Assembly: GCA_951406725.2 (NCBI GenBank)
Contig: OX597818.1
Location: forward strand, 57,846,001 to 57,910,000
From: Octopus vulgaris
Lineage: Eukaryota
Reading direction: 5' to 3'
DNA length: 64,000 nucleotides
Position numbers and translations under genes: made by a program. Below the pieces are notes generated by a model. The model was not told where the DNA came from, did not search any database, and saw nothing but the letters and a program-made list of their open reading frames with translations. Shown piece by piece: positions 1-11,538 of this stretch; the stretch's first letter is position 1, and the number at the start of each line of letters is the position of its first letter.

Positions 1-300
1 TAATACGTACTAATACATACTAGTACATACTAATACATACACCAACCCTATACATACACACGTCCAGACCCCGCATACGCACTTATACTCTCTCATACAC
101 ACACACACTTATACATACCAATACGTACTAATACATACTAATACATACTAATACATACACCAACCCCATACATACGCACGTCCAGACCAATCCTACGCAC
201 TAATACTCTCTCATACACACACACACACACACACACCCTTATACATACTAATACATACACCAACCCTATACATACACACATCCAGACCCCTCCTACGCAC
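1..300. repeat. Imperfect ~118-bp tandem repeat (about 2.5 copies, may extend beyond window start)
   Basis: Block 'taatacatacaccaaccc..tacatac.cac.tccagacc...tacgcact' recurs at about 31, 149 and 249, with TAATACATAC sub-repeats and variable CA tracts. Confidence 0.8.
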
Positions 301-389
301 TATTAGCTGGTCCCTCAACCCTTTTATCAACCCTATTATCTCCCCTTATTTCGCTCTCGCGTCTCATGTTTGATCTTTGACCTCTGGCC

Positions 390-608
390 GAAATCAGATC
401 GCCATGTTGATTCGTTAGCTACTGCACGCATTTTTTTTCTCTCCTTCTTTCTGTGTTTTTCTCTCCCTGTGTATCTTTCTGTTGAAGAGCGTAGGCTCGA
501 AACGTTAAAGACTTGTTTTATTTATATTTCCTGAGCGCCATACTAATACAATTGTTCGTTTGTTTTCCACCTGCCTTCGTCTTTTGTTTATTTTCATAAA
601 GCTTCCCG

Positions 609-610
<2 letters not shown>
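390..610 (+). mobile_element. Penelope-like terminal repeat (pLTR) fragment with minimal hammerhead motif, abutting (TA)n
   Basis: Homologous to 44961-45188. Contains tcttt-CTGTTGA-a-gagc(gtag)gctc-GAAA-cgt-t-aaaga at 474-511 and is followed directly by a (TA)n tract. Confidence 0.6.
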
Positions 611-656
<46 letters not shown>

Positions 657-825
657 GTAGCACGGAATTTTGTCAGCGAACAAATTCCATTTAAATGTTG
701 AAGTGAATCTAACGGATTTTGTGTGTTCCTTAAATGACTTATAAACAACTTCCACGCTGCAATTGTTTTCGTTCCAGCAAATGATCTCAGATCAGGTCAC
801 TTGCTATGTAAGTACATCTCTGTAA
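657..825 (+). mobile_element. Interspersed repeat fragment (same family as 41673-41886) embedded in TA/TACA microsatellite
   Basis: 'tgaagtgaatctaacgg..tgtgtgtt.cttaaatg.cttataaaca.cttccacgctgcaattgttttcgttccagca' matches both arms of 41673-41886. Confidence 0.7.
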
Positions 826-842
826 TATATATACACACATAC

Positions 843-909
<67 letters not shown>

Positions 910-1083
910 CATACATACATACACACATACAATCATATATACATACATACATACATACACACATACATATCATACATACATACATACATACATACACACA
1001 TACAATCATATATACATACATACATACATACATACATACATACATACATACATACATACATGCATACATACATGCATACATAC
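826..1083. repeat. Compound (TA)n/(TACA)n microsatellite
   Basis: Direct inspection. The IY/HTY-rich ORFs in the track derive from it. Confidence 0.95.
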
Positions 1084-1382
1084 GTAGCCTTCTACGTCAT
1101 CTCGTCATACCTGCTCCCATGATATCCCCATAAAAGCAAACCACTCTATGTTTTATCCTTTATCCTCCTCCAGCAATGATCTTGCCTTTCTGCTTTAATT
1201 CCTTTTGCTTTGTTTGTTTTTCCTTCGCTTATTTGCATTTGTGTAAATGCTTACATCTGTTATATGCTATTCTAATTACTTGCAATTCCTTATTCTTGAA
1301 ATTATCTAATCATATTCTGTTAATGTTTTTCTCCCGTACTTACAGATATGCTTTTCTTTTTCTTAAAGATATGCTTTTCTCA

Positions 1383-1786
1383 AGGCGGCGAGCTGTCAGA
1401 AACGTTAGCACGCCGGGCGAAATGCTTAGCGGTATTTCGTCTGCGTTACGTTGTGAGTTCAAATTCCGCCGAGGTCGACTTTGCCTTTCATCCTTAAATT
1501 AAGTACCAGTTACATACTGGGGTCGATGTAATAAACTTAATACCTATGTCTGTCCTTGTTTGTCCTCTCTGTGTTTAGCCCCTTGTGGGTAATAAAGAAA
1601 TAGATATTTCGTCTGTCGCTACGTTCGGAGTTCAAATTCCGCCGAAGTCGACTTTGCCTTTCATCCTTTCGGGGTTGATAAATTAAGTACCAGTTACGCA
1701 CTGGGGTCGATGTAATCGACTTAATACCTATGTCTGTCCTTGTTTGTCCCCTCTGTGTTTAGCCCCTTGTGGGTAGTAAAGAAATA
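1383..1786 (+). mobile_element. tRNA-derived SINE family A, head plus two tandem bodies
   Basis: Head 'aggcggcgagctg.cagaaacgttagc', B-box-like 'gagttcaaattc', core 'gcctttcatcctttcggggt.gataaattaagtaccag'. A second headless unit starts at about 1603. Confidence 0.9.
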
Positions 1787-2454
1787 GATATGCTTCTCTT
1801 TGCGTAAAATTTGTTAATTCAACTATTAATTCCCCTTCCATCTTACTTTTCATCGTTATTCTAAAATTAGTTCCTGAATCAGTTTTCGTTGCTCAGTCAT
1901 GGAATTGGTATCCATAAACACATATATTTACTCATATTTTTTTTATAAAACATTTGATTTCTCTATTTTACTACAACTGTCTGGGGAACGGTTACGTGCA
2001 ACCACGAGAAACTTTGTGAAGTATTTTGTCGGCTCCAATTAAACAAACTCTTACTTTCCTTTTGGTTCAAGTTTCGCTTTTGCACCGATGTGCTTTCTAC
2101 AAAATTTTGGACTCGTCCGTCGTATGAATGCCCCTCAATTTCTTGGTTGAACACCCCACAAATGTACTTGGGATTTGCTTACACAAATTCTCTCCTTTCA
2201 TCCAATTATGATAGGCGAAAACAGACGAGTAAGTGTGCCACACATCAGATGTGGATTTATCCACAGATCAAAGGGAAATTCAGTGTTTTCTACTAAATAC
2301 CACAACGTGTATGTATGTAGGTGTGTATATACAGGTCTTCTGTGAATCTTGCAACCTGTGACACATTTTTCGTAACTTGAAAGAGAAGAGGAATCTCCTC
2401 GTCAACTTATCTTCCTAAAACTACTGATTGTAATTATGTGCAATTAAATAAATA

Positions 2455-2609
2455 CAAACACACACACACTGACATACACAGACACACATGCACACACACA
2501 CACAGACACAGGCTCGCAGAACCGCACGTACACACATACACTCACAATTACATACACACCATATATATGTGTGCGTGTGCATATATGTATATATATATAT
2601 ATATATATA

Positions 2610-2695
<86 letters not shown>

Positions 2696-2726
2696 GTATA
2701 TATATATGTATATATATATGTATATA

Positions 2727-2769
<43 letters not shown>

Positions 2770-2792
2770 ATATATATGTATATATATATATG

Positions 2793-2824
<32 letters not shown>

Positions 2825-2839
2825 CACATATATATATAC

Positions 2840-2904
<65 letters not shown>
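2455..2904. repeat. (CA)n/(TA)n microsatellite, left flank of the hammerhead element
   Basis: Direct inspection. Confidence 0.95.
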
Positions 2905-2905
<1 letters not shown>

Positions 2906-3752
2906 ATAATTAATCAATATAGGGTGGCAAAAAAATTTTGTAGAATTCTTTTGCCACCAGCGGCCTAGTAGGAAAAAATTAAATAGTCATAAACCATTTT
3001 TACGTTCAACATCACAATCAAGGAACGGCCATAATAGGCCATTCACCCACTAGAAATAACAGCCAAGAGCTTTAACCGCAAAATAACATTAATACCGTAA
3101 GCCAGGAGAAAATTGAAAAACTTTTACCCTGTAATTTCTTAGACGATGCACCGTTTCATCTACCGTTTAATGGTAAACTAACCTGATTAAATTAAATCAA
3201 GCCAATCCACCATAGGCCCTTAGACTCATCAGTAAGAAATAGCCAAATCGGAACAGATATTTTTCACGAGGCATTCCTCTTGCTACCTCGGCAATATCTG
3301 ACCTAAAATTTTCAAATCGTCGCACTCGCGCCAAATTTATCGGCAGCAAATAAATATAAGCCACCGATTCCTTTACGGAATTAACCAGAAAATTCATAAT
3401 TAATCAATATAGGGTGGCAAAAAAATTTTGTAGAATTCTTTTGCCACCAGCGGCCTAGTAGGAAAAAATTAAATAGTCATAAACCATTTTTACGTTCAAC
3501 ATCACAATCAAGGAACGGCCATAATAGGCCATTCACCCACTAGAAATAACAGCCAAGAGCTTTAACCGCAAAATAACATTAATACCGTAAACCAGGAGAA
3601 AATTGAAAAACTTTTACCCTGTAATTTCTTAAAGGGTAAAAGTTTTTCAATTTTCTCCTGGTTTACGGTATTAATGTTATTTTGCAGTTAAAGCTCTTGG
3701 CTGTTATTTCTAGTGGGTGAATGGCCTATTATGACCGTTCCTTGATTGTGAT
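2905..3752 (-). mobile_element. Non-autonomous hammerhead-bearing retroelement (retrozyme-like / PLE-derived): 490-bp unit x ~1.5 plus 120-bp inverted copy
   Basis: 2905-3141 equals 3395-3631 (period 490; one mismatch, G3101 vs A3591). 3633-3752 is the reverse complement of 3501-3620 (two mismatches). No meaningful ORF; (TA)n on both sides; intact hammerhead at 3134-3240. Confidence 0.85.
3134..3240 (-). ncRNA. Type I hammerhead ribozyme with extended stem II
   Basis: Minus strand reads ATTTCTTA [stem I] CTGATGA GTCTA...TAGAT [stem II] GAA ACGG(TGCA)TCGT [stem III] C^ TAAGAAAT [stem I']. All core nucleotides are canonical, the triplet is GUC, and stem I is a perfect 8 bp. Predicted cleavage is between 3142 and 3141. 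Confidence 0.92.
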
Positions 3753-3924
<172 letters not shown>

Positions 3925-4800
3925 ATTTCGGTATGGTCATTTTTTTGCCAAATAAACACACGCACTATATATTTGTTCGTCACTCGTTTATTACTGTTCT
4001 TATTTTATTTTTATTTTTATTTTAGCTCATGTTCATTGACCGGAAAACTGTGGTTACACATCTGTGACCTCTTCAGCGACACTTTTAATTTTCGTGTATG
4101 CTCTTGCTCTACTTACTCCATTCTGTTCTCCTAACATGGGTATGCTTAAGTGCGCATGCGTCTGTGTCTCTGTGTGTGTGCATGTGTGTGTGTGTAAGTG
4201 TGCCTGTTCTTAACAGCAGTATGGCTTTCCCTCAGCCACAGCCTCTCACCCCATTGTACCCATGCTGTCCTAAGACCCGAAAATTTGCGACAGTTCCTGT
4301 CATCAATACATCAGCTGATTATGACATGGATCCAGCAGGCGATATGCATAGCTGTATTCACAAAGGAAAATCATCATTTATAGTGTACGTAATTTGCATA
4401 ACTGTGACCGGTGAATATGAACCTTAAAGGCTGATATATTCTGCACAAGATAAAATTTCCATTGTATCGAAATTAGCTTTACTTTATGGATATTATCTCA
4501 TGACTAGTAGCTATCATGAGATAATTGACGATGACTGGTAGCAGTCATGAGATAGCAGTCATGAGATATTCCGAATGAGGTACTGAAAAAATCTAACACA
4601 AGGAATGTTTCGAAATTAGTATGATATTAATTAAAGATGTCTCATTGTCTGGAAACAGGGAAGCAGTTCTGAGACGCGGTTTCATCATCAGAATGCTTCC
4701 TTTTCCACTTTTAGTTTATATCCATAAAGTTTCACCTCGTGTAACGTTGTAGTTTAAATTTAACAAACATATAATTGTGTGTTGGGAGAATCATTACACC

Positions 4801-4876
<76 letters not shown>

Positions 4877-4877
<1 letters not shown>

Positions 4878-5218
4878 GTAGTGGGGGAGCATCATAGCCA
4901 TGTGTTGAAAGGGATTCTTTGGGGATTGGATAAGTCACCTTTGGAAACATAGGTGTTTCGTTTAACATCCTTAAACAATCCTTATTCAGGGACCTTTTGA
5001 GCAGGATGGGCTACTCGACCTGAAGAAAATTCTAACTGGGCCCGACCTGCAAGATCATGTGCTGTTTATCTTGATATGAAGTCACCATGTTGCGCACATA
5101 TGGTTGTGATGCATGTGCCTAGTGTACCCTTATCAGACGGGTAGTCCTGATAGGTATACTGGGTTTTGTATATTTTACCCCAGTGTCACTTTGATGGCAT
5201 GCATTACTCTCTCACTCA
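4877..5218 (+). mobile_element. 5'-truncated 3' UTR of R4/Dong-like LINE inside (TAA)n
   Basis: Reverse complement of part of 14707-15120. Ends 'ctctctcactc' followed by (AAT)n, with (AAT)n also on the left. Confidence 0.7.
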
Positions 5219-5344
5219 ATAATAATAATAATAATAGCACACGTATCGGTTCAGTTCCACTTTTTTCACTCTTAGTCTATTTGTTTAATATCTCTCGTTG
5301 ACGAACAAAAATGCGATTGACTATTTCACCAAAAAGTCAAACAA

Positions 5345-5730
5345 GGCGCAGGCGTGACTGCGTGGTAAGAAGCTTGTTCGCAAACCACATGGTTCCGGGT
5401 GCAGTCCGACTGTATGGTCTCCTGGGCAACTGTCTGTTACTGTAGTCTCGGGCCGACCAAAGCCTTGTGAGTGGATTTGGTAGGCGGAAACTAAAATATG
5501 CTTGTCGTACATACATATGTATGTTTGTGTGTCTGTGTTTGTCCCTCCCACCGTTGCTTGACAAACGATGTTGGTGTGTTTACGTTCCTGTAATATAGCA
5601 GTTCAGCAAAAGAGAACGATAGAATAAGTACTAGCCTTACAAAGAATACGTCGTGTGGTCGATTTGTTTGACTAAAGGCGGTGCTCCAGCATGACCGCAG
5701 TCAAATTACCGAAACAAATTAAAGAATAAA
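5345..5730 (+). mobile_element. tRNA-derived SINE family B
   Basis: Head 'ggcgcagg.gtg.ctg.gtggtaag.agcttg', B-box-like 'gggt.cagtcc', body 'ggccgaccaaagccttgtgagtggatttggtag', tail 'ggtgctccagcatg.ccgcagtcaaat'. Confidence 0.9.
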
Positions 5731-6791
5731 ACAATAAAGGAAAAACAGACGATTACTTAGATTGTTTGGTATTTAACCAATTGACTAATAATAAAGAAGT
5801 GGAATTGAACCAGTGTATGTGTTTTATTATTATTGGCGTGATGACTCTCCAAAGAAAAGCGAAATTAGTTTTAACACCCGAATTTATATCAGGAATTTTG
5901 CAAACCAAATACGAATATGTTTTCTACTCTTGGTTGCGTATGTCTAAATATCTCGTCTTTTGGTATCACTGATCGTTAATGTGCGTATATTAGTGTGAGT
6001 ACAAATTTAAACATCAATTTAATACAATCATTGCGAACGCGCGAAGTATGTAAATAAAGGTTATTTTATAATTAGCAGGACATAGTTTGAACATATAAAC
6101 AATTAATATTTATTCCCTAAACAACAATTATTCAAGATGCTATTTATCGATGTGATCTAGCGTATGCTTAGGGAGAAAATGTTTAGACAAAGTGTAGTCA
6201 GTTGAGATAATTTTTTCAGAGTATGAATTAAACTTTACAAAAGAAATCATTTGGGACGGATAAAGCGTGAGTGAAAAGGAAAAAAAAATGTTAGAGGTCA
6301 GATGCTGGTTTATATATAGGAGGAAAGAATTGAATGGAAGCACAAATAAAATCAGGGATGTTATTATCTCGTTTTTAGACAATAAGAATTCTCCGACGCC
6401 AATTTACGTCATATAACGATAGAAATGGTAATATATTCCCAGTGGGGTGTTTGATTTAGCCATAGTAATTCTAGCGTGAATTACACTTTAGAGATGAATA
6501 AAGGACTATGACAAATATACATACCAGCCTATAGATACATATCTACATACATACTTGTACCCACACATACACACACATATTTATGCATGTATACATATAT
6601 AAGATATATATATGTAAGTGTGTGTGTGTATAAGTATGTACTATATATATGTAGATATGAGTATATTTGCATATATATATATATACATACACACGCACAA
6701 ATATATATATATATATATATACATATATATATAACTACATATATAACTATGTATATATATATATATCATATACGTATAATACAAATATTAT

Positions 6792-6825
<34 letters not shown>

Positions 6826-6986
6826 GTGTGTGTTTGTATATGTAAGGAAAAAGTAAAAAGAAAACAAATAAAATGCACATTAAATATAAAAATAAATGCT
6901 TTTTAAAGATATATACATACAATTAGATGATTTGAAGGGGAATTATGAGGTTTAAAATTCATTATTAAGAATCATTATTTAGATTA

Positions 6987-7730
6987 AAAGTCATACCGGT
7001 ATCGCCAGAAGCATTGACTTTGAATGAACACCGATTTCCAAACGGTGTTGGGTCTAATAGTACGTGAGTGAAAAGATTATATGGAAGGGAAGTAAACAGT
7101 TCTGGAAGTGATGTAATTAGGGTTGATAGAAATAATGGAATATGAATGGTGTATGAGATGCATAGAAATTATTGGTATTATTTGTAAGGCTTGTAGTGCC
7201 CTCTATTAAGTTATGTGCTCATGTTGACCTGTGGATGATAATTATTAATGAAAGTTTCCTCTTTATTTAATCTTTGCTGTACTGAGGTGTCTCTGTACAT
7301 TGGCACAAGGGGAAAATTAGGAAATTAGGATTAAGATTCCTAGCACATCTTTCTATGAGTTCACTGACCTGTATCTGTCGGTAATGCTGGTGAAGAGTTG
7401 TTCTTCGTCGGAGTGACATTCCTGTTTGGCCTATATAGTGGATTCCACACCCTAAGCATGTAATAGCATCGATTACGTTTCAAATTTGATTATATCACCT
7501 CGTTTGAAGAGAAATGCTGTATAGCCCTCCCCCCGCATTTTTTCACTTTTGTTCCGTTGTTAGTGGATATAGTATTGCGCTGGTTAATATTTTTTTTCAA
7601 TGATTTCGATTGCATTGTGCTCTTGATAATTTTCTGTGAGCCTAAAATTTTATTCATTATTCTATCTCCAGTGAAATGGGAAGATTTTGGATGATGATGT
7701 TGAAGACCACATTGCTTCTAGGGTTGAGGC
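6987..7730 (-). mobile_element. Decayed Penelope-like element (Neptune-type) 3' part: linker, GIY-YIG endonuclease and pLTR remnant
   Basis: Manual minus-strand translation of 7479-7211 gives NVIDAITCLGCGIHYIGQTGMSLRRRTTLH...FLIFPLCQC...QRLNKEETFINNYHPQVN (with a frameshift), homologous to the 9538-9894 ORF. Upstream pieces read NPRSNVVFNIIIQNLP and IIKSTMQSKSLKK. Confidence 0.75.
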
Positions 7731-8558
7731 TTTCAACATCGTCATATATATAATTTTTCTCCTCATTCGACGTTTCAAATTCGATCTCTCTCATCATTCA
7801 TCTATTTTCGTCTTTAACGATTTCCTAACCTACGATGTTGACCAGACTTACAACATGCAAACCCCAATCAAATTGACGGATTTGTGCACTGAAACTTACT
7901 TGGAAACTTATCCACAATATTTACGTATTGAAAGTCATTTGTATTCATTTTACGAAATTTATTTATTTTACAAAATGGCGACAAAAGCGCACACTCTTTA
8001 ATCAAAACGCCTTAATGGTAAAAAAAAATCTTAACGCATGTCAATGTATTTAATCCTAGCTTACTCGCGATTGACCAGAGGTAGGATCAATGTCTTTTTT
8101 AGTCATGGCCGACTGGATTTTAGTTTCTGTAGCAATATTTTATCTAATCTGATCATTTTAAAATTCTATTTCAAGAGGTTTGGTTTAGAAGACAATGTTC
8201 AGAAACATATTTTTGTCGTTGCTGAATTATACACAGATACATGTGTGCTTGATTTATAATCTATTTCATATATGTGTAATACCATTATATCTAAGGTAAT
8301 TGGAAGAGCTATAAGCTGTCGAAGTTCTCCTTTTTGAATACTAAGAGAAAAAGCCAAATGTGATGAAGAATCATTATATTATAGACAGCTGTAGATTCCC
8401 TCAGTATAGATTGTAAATGAATGCATTGCTGGTAAAGGTGCGTGTTAATTAAAATTAAGATATTTTCCTTGCTCTTTCTCATAAACATAGCATATTAACT
8501 CTGTTTTCTATATTATTAATTTGTCTATTTCTGTCTTCCTTTCTTTCCTTGTTACATA

Positions 8559-8693
8559 GGCGCACGAGCGGTAAGTAGCTTCCTTACCAACTACATGGTT
8601 CCAGGTTAATTTTCACTGCATGGCACCTTGGGCAAGTGTCTTCTACGATAGATTCGTGCCGACAAAAGCCTTGTGAGCGGATTTGGCAAACTC

Positions 8694-8739
<46 letters not shown>

Positions 8740-8935
8740 CTGTGTTTCTCCCCGCCACCATCGCTTGACAACCGATGTTGGTGCGTTTACGTCCCCGCGA
8801 CTTAGCAGTTCAGCAAAGAGACCGATAGAATAAATACTAAGCTTACAAAAATAAGTGGTGGGGTCGATTTGTTCGGCTAATGGCGCTGTTCCAGCATGGC
8901 CGCAGTCAAATAACTGAAATAAATAAAAGAATAAA
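8559..8935 (+). mobile_element. SINE family B
   Basis: Same head, body and tail as 5345-5730, with an internal TA/TG microsatellite. Confidence 0.85.
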
Positions 8936-9314
8936 ACGTACGTATATTAAATACAGTTTTATTTATTTATTTATTTATTCATATCGTATTTTTATTATTA
9001 TTTTAATTCGTATTTTCATTCAGCCCTATTTGAGCATAAGCAAAGTTTTGAGTTTTAATGTAAGTAGTAATATATTTTGGCTTAAATATCACTAAGATAA
9101 ATATTTCAATTACCTGAAGATTGACTGTAACCATAACTCGAATTATTACGAATTGGACAGCCATGAAACGATCGTAGTGTTTTACACATTATCTTTTATT
9201 AAATTTTTAATACTTTTCATATATATTTAAAATAATATAAATTAATTAATTTTATGTATTGGCTTAAGTTTTTCATTGTTTGATTTGCCTAATAGTGGTT
9301 TTATCTCTAATTTA

Positions 9315-9360
<46 letters not shown>

Positions 9361-9537
9361 ATGTTTGGTTCTTGTATATTTATATAATTATTTGCATGCT
9401 ATTTCTTCACAGATACTTACATATTCTTATTATGTATTAGCGTAAATATATATGTAGGTATATACACAAGATGTCGGTGTGCCCATTTATTTTCTATTCT
9501 GTACACTTTATTTTATATATTCTTGTGTATTTCTATA

Positions 9538-9894
9538 CGTATACAAAAATTCAAGATCAAATCTTGTGCTTCTGAAAATATAATTTATGTCGTAAGATGC
9601 TCGGGCTGCCACCAAAACTACGTGGGGTCTATGGGACTATCACTCAGACGTAGATGCACTCTGCATCGACAACAGATTGCATTCCCAGAATGTAGAATGA
9701 TACCCTTTAATGAGCATATTGAGAAATGCACAAAGCAACTACTACCACAATTTTTAATATTTCCATTTTATCAATGTGCTATTGGAACACCAACACAAAT
9801 TAGACTAAACAAGGAAACATTCTTCATTGAAAAATATAAGCCCAAACTTAACCACTCTAACATCTTATACAGAGAAATTCACCCCATTAAATAA
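9538..9894 (+). mobile_element. Penelope-like element GIY-YIG endonuclease fragment (5'-truncated)
   Basis: SCASENIIYVVRCSGCHQNYVGS.GLSLRRRCTLH...EH...RLNKETFFIEKYKPKLN matches the PLE GIY-YIG pattern (IY-x-C-xx-C-YVG...R...H...E...P.LN). GAAACCGGTA follows at 10027-10036. Confidence 0.8.
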
Positions 9895-10155
9895 AAGGGA
9901 AAAAAAATATAAAGCGATTATCTCCCTTATAAAAATCGCTTTTTACCTCCCCCTACCTGGAACTCTTCTTTGCACTTCATAACGAAGACATAACACGATG
10001 TTTTGAGAAATTTGAAAAGTTAACACGAAACCGGTAATTTCTTCAAAAATTATGTAACTGTATGAAAAAATGTTATAACAATCTTCTGACATTATGACTC
10101 AAATATATTTTTTAACCGTTTAAAACAAGCCTTCTATAGTTTTTTCACTTTTTAC

Positions 10156-10240
<85 letters not shown>

Positions 10241-11502
10241 ATGTATTACTTTGCCCATTTTATTTTATTATTTTTACTTACATATTTATATACACTTATT
10301 ACATGATTTTATATAAATTTCTAAAACTATATTTACCATAATAATACTATTATATTTAATTAGAAGGATAATTACTAAATATTGTTTATTTTTATACTTT
10401 TTAATGACAACTCAGACTATATTATATTACTTAAATTTTAATAAATATATTTAGCGTTATATTAATTGCATAATAAAATATGCGGTTTATTACTATATTT
10501 TAATTCACATTATACTATAAATATTTGACCAAGCGTATTATATTATGCCTGGATAAACACACAGACACTCACACACACACACACGCACATAAATATATAT
10601 GTATGTGTGTGCGTAGAGAATGTGAGAGAGCGAGAGAAAATAGCACACACACATATATTGAGGTTGGTATATATGTATATACGTGGGGGTATTTATATTG
10701 GTAGGATCGAGCTTGTATATGCAATGAAGAAGTATATTATATTATAAAAGTTTTTTTGATTGTAATTTTGATAGAATATTTGAAGCGAAGTTTGAAATAT
10801 TCTTTCAAACCTTTTACACCGGTCACGTCATTATTTTAGTTATGTTTACAGTTTGTTTTTAAATATCAATAAAAAGCCACTTTTACTCTATAAACACTGG
10901 TGTTCAACGAATATTTTTTCTCAATTGCTTACTTCTTCGTACCTTCAATATTTCCTTAAACATTAACGTAATTTCAAATTTCCGTTCTTGGAAATGTATC
11001 TGTGGGGATTCAGCATTTACAAACCACCAACCCCTTTTCTGGGATATAATATATTTCTTCATTCAGTAGATGTATTAATGGTTGTGTTATAGTTATTCAA
11101 TAATTACCTGGTTCCAGTAAAATTTGATATTTTCTTCAGTGGAATCCCTAACATGGAAACAACTATTCATTTGGTTATTACATGGTACCGAATACAAAAC
11201 ATTACTTCCAGTTTAACTTCATTTCAAAATAATAATATACATTTGTATATGCGTGTGATTTTGTTATCTGTTAAATACACATATATTCTTATTGCACTTG
11301 AGTTTGCGGTTGCTTACTTATGTATTAATTACATATCAAAGACAATGTAAAATTCGCAAATGTGTTTTAACTAAACATGAAAAATTACGTAAATATCTGG
11401 AATGAAGCAAAATCGGAGCGAGATCCCTTGATATTCAAATCGTTTACGATGAAACATATAATATTTTAATGTGAAATATGCAAAGTGTCCCGGAGAGCTG
11501 CA

Positions 11503-11538
<36 letters not shown>

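Noticed and set aside
4036-4082. Minus-strand CTGAAGA-ggtcaca/tgtaacc hairpin
   Set aside because: Not followed by GAAA; the core is incomplete.
4492-4570. Small palindrome and tandem of 'tcatgagata'
   Set aside because: Short local duplication with no element boundaries identifiable.
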